NCBI GenBank assembly: GCA_021399395.1
Contig: JAAFKJ010000142.1
Coordinates: forward strand, 1-13,483
Direction: 5' to 3'
Origin: Candidatus Heimdallarchaeota archaeon
Lineage (GTDB): Archaea > Asgardarchaeota > Heimdallarchaeia > Heimdallarchaeales > Heimdallarchaeaceae
DNA length: 13,483 bases
Within the stretch, counting starts at the first letter, position 1, and each line of letters opens with the position of its first letter. The notes under the pieces are model-generated. The model was not told where the DNA came from. It did no database searches and saw only the letters and a list, made by a program, of their open reading frames with translations. The translations under genes were made by a program, and so were the position numbers. Positions 6,812 to 13,483 of the stretch are shown here, piece by piece.

Positions 6812-7747
6812 ATGAAATATATTTATGGACCAGTTCCTTCGAGAAGGTTGGGAAAGTCCCTAGGTATCAGCCCAATTCCTGATAAAACCTGTAACTATAC
6901 TTGCATCTACTGTCAACTCGGTAGAACTACTCAATATACAAATTCCAGAGAAATGTTCTTTCCTGTTGAGGAGATTATTGATGAGGTAAAGTGTGCTTTA
7001 AACCAAGAGAAGGATATTGATTTCATAACAATTGTTGGAGAAGGGGAACCTCTCCTCTATGAAGGATTAGGGGCCTTGATCTCCGAGGTAAAAGAACTTA
7101 CATCAACCCCTATCGCTATAATAACAAATGGAGCTTTACTCTCTAGAGACGATGTGAGAAAGGAAATTTTGGAAGCAGATGTGGTTTTACCAACATTGGA
7201 TGCATATTCAGAAGAGATGTTTAGGAAAATAAACCGACCTTTTAAGGATATTAAACTTGTGAATGTAATCGAGGGTTTCAGAGAATTCCGAAAGATTTTC
7301 AAAAACCAGATCTGGTTAGAAATTATGCTGATAAAGGACATGAATGATGATGTTAAATCTCTGAAAGAAATTAGAAAATTGATAGATCAAATCAAAGTAG
7401 ATAGGGTTTACATCAATGTTCCAATTAGACCTCCTGCTGAATCATGGGTTGAGATTCCTCCTTCTAATCGTCTAATTGTTGCACAAGAAATACTTAAAGC
7501 TGAGAGTATCGCTCATTTTGAAGAATTACTCGTTGATAGTGTTGATAGAGAATCTCCGCCATTCAACCAAATATTGAATATATTGAAAAGACATCCATTA
7601 AGAAACGAGCAAGTATACACTTTATTTCCCTCAATGTCAAAAAAGGAAATTGATTCCCTACTTGATGACATGAAAAGTGAAGATTTGATAGAACCGATTG
7701 AGTATAATAACAAAACATTTTGGGAGTTTAAACGCAGTAAATTATAG
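6812..7747 (+). CDS. Radical SAM Fe-S protein (COG0731-like)
   Basis: 'YIYGPVPSRRLGKSLGI', CxxxCxxC 'CNYTCIYCQLG', 'GEGEPLL', 'ITNG' and 'RPPAE' motifs typical of this group. Confidence 0.92.
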   Translation: MKYIYGPVPSRRLGKSLGISPIPDKTCNYTCIYCQLGRTTQYTNSREMFFPVEEIIDEVKCALNQEKDIDFITIVGEGEPLLYEGLGALISEVKELTSTPIAIITNGALLSRDDVRKEILEADVVLPTLDAYSEEMFRKINRPFKDIKLVNVIEGFREFRKIFKNQIWLEIMLIKDMNDDVKSLKEIRKLIDQIKVDRVYINVPIRPPAESWVEIPPSNRLIVAQEILKAESIAHFEELLVDSVDRESPPFNQILNILKRHPLRNEQVYTLFPSMSKKEIDSLLDDMKSEDLIEPIEYNNKTFWEFKRSKL

Positions 7748-7806
7748 ACAAGAGTTCTTTGAATAAAGTTTAAAATGTGATAGTTGCTTAATCTTAACGA
7801 TATTAC

Positions 7807-8286
7807 ATGAAACGGATAGGAATCATAATTTGTGATAGGTATAAGACATGCGATGGAGGGAAATGTTTTCGATCAGTAAGAGAGAAAGAAGGCACTTTTA
7901 AGATATACGAAAACGAGGATGTAGAAGTTGTTGGTTATTCAACCTGTGGGGGTTGTCCTGGAGGAAATATAGAATATGTTGCAGCTGGTATGAAGAAGTA
8001 TGGAGCTGATGTTATTCATTTTGCAACAGGTTTCTTAGCTGGTTACCCCCCTTGTCCATATATTGACATCTTCAAAAATTATATCGAAAAGGATATTGGG
8101 ATTCAAGTTGTTATAGGCACACATCCTATGCCCACAAATTACATTGAAAATCATGAGAAAATACAAGATATTCCAGACAAATATAAACAATACTGGAATA
8201 ACCTAGCAGATGCAGATGAATCAACAAAGTATGATTCTACTAGAACTGATTATATCGAAGAATTAGATAAAGAACTAAGAATATAA
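7807..8286 (+). CDS. CGGC-domain metal-binding protein
   Basis: 'IGIIIC...CDGGKCF', 'TCGGCPG', 'ADVIHFATG', 'YPPCP', 'VVIGTH'. Confidence 0.9.
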   Translation: MKRIGIIICDRYKTCDGGKCFRSVREKEGTFKIYENEDVEVVGYSTCGGCPGGNIEYVAAGMKKYGADVIHFATGFLAGYPPCPYIDIFKNYIEKDIGIQVVIGTHPMPTNYIENHEKIQDIPDKYKQYWNNLADADESTKYDSTRTDYIEELDKELRI

Positions 8287-9105
8287 TCACTTTTTCCATT
8301 CTTTAGGTGCAACAACTGGAGGATGAACATAACGTTCAACTGTTGTTATTCCATCGATTTTCTTCAAATCTTCTTCAGGAAGTACAACATCTTTAGCAGC
8401 AAAGTTATCTTTTATGTGATCTAGGCTTGTTGCTTTAGGAATTGGATATGCTCCTTTGCTCATTATCCATGCCAGACACACTTGGGCTGTACTGATTTCA
8501 TTCTTCTTGGCTATTTCTGAGATGATAGCATCCCCAAGAGCTTTACCTCTACCCAGTGGAGAGTATGAAATAAAATGTAAACCCGATTTCTTCATCATCT
8601 CAAGTAGTTCTTTCTGCTGCAAATAGGGATGATGTTCAACTTGATTTGAAAATAATGGTTTATCGCAAGCTTCTGCAGCTTCTTTTGTTTGTTTAGAAGT
8701 GAAATTTGAAATTCCAATATGTTTCACTATCCCTTCATCTACAAGTTTACTAAGCTCTCCCAAAGTTTTTTCGTGAGAATATCCTAAAGCAAATGCAGGC
8801 CAATGGATTTGGATTAGATCAATGTAATCTAATTTGAGTTTTATTGCTGACTTCAAAGTAGACTTGTAAGCATTTTTAGGTCTAACTCTTATTGGATGTA
8901 CCTTTGTTGCAATGAAAATCTCCTCTCTCTTCACAATTCCAGTATCAAGCACTTCTCTTAGACCTTCCCCCACACCTTGTTCATTCATATACGCTTGAGC
9001 TGTATCAATGAATCTATAACCCATCTTGATAGCTTCAATAACTGAATAAGTAGCTTCTTTAGGTTTTAACATCCATGTCCCTAAACCGATTTTAGGTAAT
9101 TCCAT
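8287..9105 (-). CDS. Aldo/keto reductase (2,5-diketo-D-gluconate reductase-like)
   Basis: 'IGLGTW', 'FIDTAQAY', 'IATK', 'IHWP', 'IGISNF', 'NQVEHHP', 'YSPLG', 'IPKA'; the Asp-Tyr-Lys-His tetrad is present. ATG 9105 is preferred over GTG 9120 because a TATA-like TTTAAA lies at 9131-9136. Confidence 0.93.
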   Translation of the reverse strand: MELPKIGLGTWMLKPKEATYSVIEAIKMGYRFIDTAQAYMNEQGVGEGLREVLDTGIVKREEIFIATKVHPIRVRPKNAYKSTLKSAIKLKLDYIDLIQIHWPAFALGYSHEKTLGELSKLVDEGIVKHIGISNFTSKQTKEAAEACDKPLFSNQVEHHPYLQQKELLEMMKKSGLHFISYSPLGRGKALGDAIISEIAKKNEISTAQVCLAWIMSKGAYPIPKATSLDHIKDNFAAKDVVLPEEDLKKIDGITTVERYVHPPVVAPKEWKK

Positions 9106-9130
9106 ATTAATCTTGAACACATATCATGAA

Positions 9131-9166
9131 TTTAAACTTTCGGCAAAAACTACTAAAAATTTATAT
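9131..9166. promoter_or_regulatory. Back-to-back TATA boxes for the divergent AKR and FGGY kinase genes
   Basis: TTTAAA at 9131-9136 (26-31 nt from ATG 9105, minus strand) and TTTATAT at 9160-9166 (23-29 nt from ATG 9189, plus strand). Confidence 0.5.
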
Positions 9167-9188
9167 TGTATCTCTAGCTTGCATAGCT

Positions 9189-10745
9189 ATGACCTATCGC
9201 ATGGTTTTCGATGCTGGTTCTAAAGCGTTGAAATGTGCCATAGCAGATGAAAATAAGAATATTCTGGCAATGGAATCTATTCTTCCGGAAGTAATTCAAT
9301 CAGCTGATGGTTTTGGTAGGAATTGGGAACATACTAAATACTGGAATAATCTGCTGGATTTAGCAAAAAAAACAATCAAGAAATCCGAAATAAATTCTCA
9401 AGAAATAAAATATATTACAACATCCATAATCAGACCCAGTTGCGTTTTTACGGACGAAGATCTTAACCCTCTTTACATCGGTTCGAGTTTTGATGTTCAA
9501 GGAATAGATTATGGAGATGAAATTGACGAGAAACTCAAAAAAATGACTGGAGAAACGCTTTATCACCATACTGGTCATTTTCCAAACTTTCTGATGATTC
9601 CATCAAGATTGGAATTTCTGAGAAATAATCCTGAAAAAATTGCTAATAAAAAGATAGTACACTATTTACCTCTTGATAGTTGGATATTGGTCAAACTTGG
9701 TGGAGAGCTTCATACTAATTATACTAGTGCTATGGAATCAGGATTCTTCAGCCTGAAGGAAAAAATCTGGTTAGACGAATGGTTCTCTATTTTCAACATT
9801 GACGAAGATTTCTTTCCTCCTCCAGTCTTCTCTGGGGAAGTAATTGGAAATGTAATAAGTTCAGTACAAGAGCAATTACAGCTTAACTCAGATGTTGATC
9901 TTGTTGCAGGTATTCCTGATACTCAAGCAGCATTATTGGCTTCAAACTCAATTACACCTGGAGAAGTAGGTGTCGTTTTAGGGAGCACTACACCTGTTCA
10001 GCTGATCACTGAAGATTTGTGTATTGATGAACAAGAACGAGCTTGGGCAACTGGAATCTTGGTGAAAAATCTTTGTGATAATTACATTGTTGAAGCGAAT
10101 ACAGGTATAACTGGTCAGATTGTGAAATGGGCTGCTCATCTCTTTGATTCAAAATTGAGAACAAAGTTCTTGGAACCTACAGATAAACAATACAATAGTC
10201 TCCAAGAACAACTCCACAATTTTGACGAACATGAACAAAAAGAATCAGAAGATCATGTGCTTTCTCATTCTGTATATGCAAACCTTGGTCCATCAACATT
10301 AACAAGTTCTGACAGATCAGCAGGAGAGTTTTACTTTCCAAGTCCTGGAGGAGTAGAAGAATTTTTCATGCACCAGAATCAGCTAGTAGGAGCTGTCTTC
10401 GATAATATAATGTTTGCAGTTTCTAGGAATATAGATTTAGCGAAGGAAATAGCTCAAATGGAACAATTCTCACTGACAATCTTAGGAGGACTATCTCGTT
10501 ATAAACTACTCAATCAACGATTTGCTGATCTTTATAGTCTGCCCACTCGTTATTTAGTTGATCCTGAAGCTTCCATTCAAGGATTATTGATACTATGTGA
10601 TGTCGCAAGTGGGAAGATAAAAGATTCCTCTGATTACCAAAGAAGCTTTTCAGCTGATGATTTAGTTAAATTAGAGCCACGATTAACTATGACTTCCAAA
10701 CTTCAAGAAAAATACAAGAAGTGGATGAGTATAACTAAAATCTGA
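9189..10745 (+). CDS. FGGY-family carbohydrate kinase
   Basis: 'VFDAGSKALKCAI', 'TNYTSAMESGFF', 'SGEVIG', 'VAGIPDTQAALL', 'VLGST', 'ILGGLSR'. ATG 9189 (MTYRMVFD) is preferred over 9126, since it puts the first motif at the N-terminus and fits the TATA spacing. Confidence 0.88.
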   Translation: MTYRMVFDAGSKALKCAIADENKNILAMESILPEVIQSADGFGRNWEHTKYWNNLLDLAKKTIKKSEINSQEIKYITTSIIRPSCVFTDEDLNPLYIGSSFDVQGIDYGDEIDEKLKKMTGETLYHHTGHFPNFLMIPSRLEFLRNNPEKIANKKIVHYLPLDSWILVKLGGELHTNYTSAMESGFFSLKEKIWLDEWFSIFNIDEDFFPPPVFSGEVIGNVISSVQEQLQLNSDVDLVAGIPDTQAALLASNSITPGEVGVVLGSTTPVQLITEDLCIDEQERAWATGILVKNLCDNYIVEANTGITGQIVKWAAHLFDSKLRTKFLEPTDKQYNSLQEQLHNFDEHEQKESEDHVLSHSVYANLGPSTLTSSDRSAGEFYFPSPGGVEEFFMHQNQLVGAVFDNIMFAVSRNIDLAKEIAQMEQFSLTILGGLSRYKLLNQRFADLYSLPTRYLVDPEASIQGLLILCDVASGKIKDSSDYQRSFSADDLVKLEPRLTMTSKLQEKYKKWMSITKI

Positions 10746-10747
10746 AC

Positions 10748-12487
10748 TTACTCACCCATATCTTTCATGATATCAAAAATTTCTCTCTCTTCTTCTTCAG
10801 CTTCCTCTGGTATAGCATAAATTGTTCCTAGAAGAGAAGCTCTATACTGGATTTTAGCTGCCATTTCTACCTGTTGGCAAACAGTCCAAGCTTGATCCAA
10901 AGTAGATCCACAAGCAGCATTTCCATGATTAGCAATAAACACAGCTAGATTTTCACCTAATGCTTCCACTGCATTATTCGCAAGGTCATCTGTTCCAGCC
11001 ATCCCAAATTCAGCTACTTCACATCCACCAATAAAAGGAATAACTTCATCAACAATTGGGCCTATAGGTATTCGAGCAATGGATAGGGCAGTTGAATAAG
11101 GAGCATGAGAATGTACAATTGCTTTGATATTTTCGCGTGCTTTGTATATCGCAAGATGTAGTCTTTTTTCAGAAGTAGGATTTCTGTGTCCAGCAATAGT
11201 ATCTCCATTTTCATCTATCAATACTACATCCTCAATTCCCATCTCTTCATATTTTACCGAGCTAGGAGTAACAAGAAAAGCATCAAGACCATTAGGTAAT
11301 GTGACGCGTGCAGAAACATTTCCAGCTGTTCCTACAATATATTCTTTCTTTATCATCTTTATACATATGTTGATGATTTCTTGGATCTTCCCTGAATACA
11401 TCTCAAGGGTAGGAATAATATCTGATAGTTCTTCACTTGCATCAGCTGTTTGAACACCAGGAGAGTAACCTTCCAGCACTTCTGGATTTATTATATTTTC
11501 AGGAATTTGATTATTCAATATTTGTTGTATTCCATTTACCATCAACATGGAATGGCGATGATTAGTATCAAAAGTATCTCCACCAACATGTGGTGTGACA
11601 ATAACGTTTTCTAACTCTAGAAATTCATTATCTTGATCTACGGGTTCTATCGAAAATACGTCTAAAGCTGCTCCTGCAATCTTCTTTTCTTTTAAAGCAT
11701 CCAAGAGAGCATATTCATCTACAATTGAAGCTCTAGCTGTATTAATGAAGTAAGCATGTTTCTTCATTAAGGCAATCTGTTCTTCACCTATCATATCATC
11801 AGTTTCATCCGTAGGCGGACAGTGAAGAGTAACAATATCTGCATTTGACATAAGAACATTAAGTTCCACAGATTCTCCTTGGATTGCGGTTAACCTAGCA
11901 GGAAGAACATAGGGATCATGAACCAAGAACTTAACCCCAAAAGGAAGAAGAAGTTTCGCAACATTGAAACCTATTCTACCTAAACCAATAATTCCTACTG
12001 TTTTACCTTTTAATTCAAAACCTTTAAACGCATTATAGTAATTGACATAGTCTTCAAATTCATTTACTTCAAACGCATTATCTGTATGTAAAACTCGTTC
12101 GATGGAATGAAGTTTTCGAGCTAAACTTAGGATGAGTCCGACGGTTAATTCCGCAACTGATATAGTGTTTCTATTAGGTGCAAAAAGGACAGGTATTTTT
12201 TTAGAGGTAGCTGTCTCCAAATCAATATTATTTGGGTCTCCTCTAGTAGAGCCAATAATTTTGAGATTAGTTTGCTCAATGACTGGTTTCTTAACATTAT
12301 CTCCTTCACAAATGAGTATTTCAGCACCAATCTCATTTATCTTTTTGATTAAGTCTTCATCATTAAAATACAAGTTCTTAGTGTTGCGCCAACTTTCATA
12401 GACTATGTCATCTTGAATGATAGTCTTGAGTTTTTCAAGAGCTTCTGGAGAAAAATCAGCTGTAATATACGCTTTCATTTTATTCAC
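10748..12487 (-). CDS. Fusion of a D-2-hydroxyacid (phosphoglycerate-dehydrogenase-like) NAD-dependent dehydrogenase and a class II aldolase/adducin (FucA-like) domain
   Basis: N-terminal domain: 'SVAELTVGLIL', 'GIIGLGRIG', 'INTARASIVDE', 'LDVFSIEP', 'TPHVGG'. C-terminal domain: 'GTAGNVS', 'VTPS', 'PTSEKRLHLAIY', 'IVHSH', 'NHG'. The start is GTG 12487 or ATG 12478. Confidence 0.92.
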   Translation of the reverse strand: MNKMKAYITADFSPEALEKLKTIIQDDIVYESWRNTKNLYFNDEDLIKKINEIGAEILICEGDNVKKPVIEQTNLKIIGSTRGDPNNIDLETATSKKIPVLFAPNRNTISVAELTVGLILSLARKLHSIERVLHTDNAFEVNEFEDYVNYYNAFKGFELKGKTVGIIGLGRIGFNVAKLLLPFGVKFLVHDPYVLPARLTAIQGESVELNVLMSNADIVTLHCPPTDETDDMIGEEQIALMKKHAYFINTARASIVDEYALLDALKEKKIAGAALDVFSIEPVDQDNEFLELENVIVTPHVGGDTFDTNHRHSMLMVNGIQQILNNQIPENIINPEVLEGYSPGVQTADASEELSDIIPTLEMYSGKIQEIINICIKMIKKEYIVGTAGNVSARVTLPNGLDAFLVTPSSVKYEEMGIEDVVLIDENGDTIAGHRNPTSEKRLHLAIYKARENIKAIVHSHAPYSTALSIARIPIGPIVDEVIPFIGGCEVAEFGMAGTDDLANNAVEALGENLAVFIANHGNAACGSTLDQAWTVCQQVEMAAKIQYRASLLGTIYAIPEEAEEEEREIFDIMKDMGE

Positions 12488-12496
12488 ATTTTCTGT

Positions 12497-13297
12497 TTAA
12501 AACATCAATTTTCTTAATTTTAGCATATTCTTCATTTCACCTTTGACTTCCAAATTTCCGCTAGAATAAGCCTTGATAGGGTTGATCTGCTTGGTCATCA
12601 TTTTCACAAAGATTGTTGTATCCATCTTTACTTGAACAGCTGCTTCATCATCAACACCTTCGGAAAATTCCAAACCTTCATCACCATCGATCTTGAACAG
12701 ATGCGATTTTGATATGTCTGGAAATGAGATCATCAAAGTATTATGCCATCCCTTGAAAGCCTTTTTGACTTTATCAGTGTTATATCTCTCAACTATGCTT
12801 TGAAGACCATCTTCATAGCTAAAATCAGAAGGTAAATCTTTCTCAGCTTTTGCAGATACTTTAGCTACTTTTACAGGTTCCTTTTCAACTGCAATCTTTT
12901 TAGGAGTATGTTCTACAGTTTTTGCTTTCTGTACTTTTACCTCTTTCTGGGGAGCTACATCTGTAGTAGTTGTAGAAGATGGACGAATTATCCTCAGACC
13001 TGCTGATTGCGGAGTAGTTGTAATATATTCCTCTTCAATTTCAATATTCTTGACAGAGGAGAGAGAGATAATAGCAATGAAAACTCCTATCAACAACAAT
13101 ACAAGACCTAATACTGCAAATACAATCATGAAGATTAATACTACATTCAGATATTGTGATGCTGATACTTCGAAATCATTTATGTTAATGAGCAGAACCA
13201 CTGCTGAGACAAGAAGAACTAGACCAGCTACAAAGAATACAATATAGTTTGTAGTCATCTGTCGCAGAACATAGTTAGCATTTTTTCTATTTCCCAT
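12497..13297 (-). CDS. Membrane protein with two N-terminal TM helices, a charged linker and a C-terminal SCP2 (sterol carrier protein 2-like) lipid-binding domain
   Basis: Two long hydrophobic segments, a K/E/V/T-rich linker, and 'EAAVQVKMDTTIFVKMMTKQINPIKAYSSGNLEVKGEMKNMLKL', which matches the SCP2 pattern. TTTATAAA at 13319-13326 lies upstream. Confidence 0.85.
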   Translation of the reverse strand: MGNRKNANYVLRQMTTNYIVFFVAGLVLLVSAVVLLININDFEVSASQYLNVVLIFMIVFAVLGLVLLLIGVFIAIISLSSVKNIEIEEEYITTTPQSAGLRIIRPSSTTTTDVAPQKEVKVQKAKTVEHTPKKIAVEKEPVKVAKVSAKAEKDLPSDFSYEDGLQSIVERYNTDKVKKAFKGWHNTLMISFPDISKSHLFKIDGDEGLEFSEGVDDEAAVQVKMDTTIFVKMMTKQINPIKAYSSGNLEVKGEMKNMLKLRKLMF

Positions 13298-13448
13298 GAA
13301 TTAAACATTCATTTTATCTTTATAAATCTAATGAGAAATTGATTTCCTATAACTGGATATTCTTTTCTTCTAGTTTAAATGCCAAAGTCTCTATTATAAT
13401 ATCAGAGGCTAGCATATTTCAGGCTGCTTTATCCCTTCCTTCTATTTC

Positions 13449-13483
13449 TCAAAGGCTAGCTTCTCTCCTTTCCTTAAACTCTA
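13449..13483 (-). CDS. Possible 3' end of a gene entering from beyond the window
   Basis: One minus-strand frame is open from the edge (EFKERREASL*) and purine-rich, but it is too short to confirm. Confidence 0.2.
   Translation of the reverse strand, partial: EFKERREASL

Noticed and set aside
6812-7747. Wyosine synthase Taw1/TYW1
   Set aside because: Related COG, but the motifs fit the uncharacterised GPVPSRRLG subgroup, so no symbol was assigned.
9189-10745. Autoinducer-2 kinase LsrK linking the region to quorum sensing
   Set aside because: The 'DAG' start resembles LsrK, but FGGY specificity cannot be read by eye and no lsr transporter, lsrF or lsrG genes are present.
12497-12515. Peroxisomal PTS1-like signal on the SCP2 protein (RKL)
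   Set aside because: RKL is not terminal; the protein ends RKLMF.
563-13247. Short overlapping ORFs (563-847, 1317-1667, 2273-2509, 7057-7341, 7513-7713, 9360-9578, 11124-11453, 12132-12401, 12145-12336, 13050-13247)
   Set aside because: All lie inside longer, better-supported genes, on the opposite strand or in another frame, and have no recognisable motifs.

Overview
AT-rich window that looks archaeal: TATA boxes lie about 25 nt before many start codons, and the gene families (tandem Lrp/AsnC regulator, C-terminally anchored serine hydrolase) resemble those of Asgard archaea. The taxonomy is an inference. There are 13 credible complete CDSs. The right half is metabolic: radical SAM, CGGC protein, aldo/keto reductase, FGGY kinase, a 2-hydroxyacid dehydrogenase/class II aldolase fusion and a membrane-anchored SCP2 protein. 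The standout is a minus-strand cluster at 1216-5076. It runs from a secreted, anchored beta-lactamase-fold serine hydrolase, through a 677-bp non-coding gap, to a 106-aa signal-peptide protein made of five PVEDEPIG-containing repeats that differ mostly at synonymous sites. A hairpin-rich ~280-nt spacer with periodic RGGTC motifs and a large two-module Lrp/AsnC regulator follow. This resembles a multi-core peptide precursor plus sensor, i.e. a candidate archaeal peptide-signalling system. That is a hypothesis; a structural Pro/Gly-repeat surface protein remains possible.
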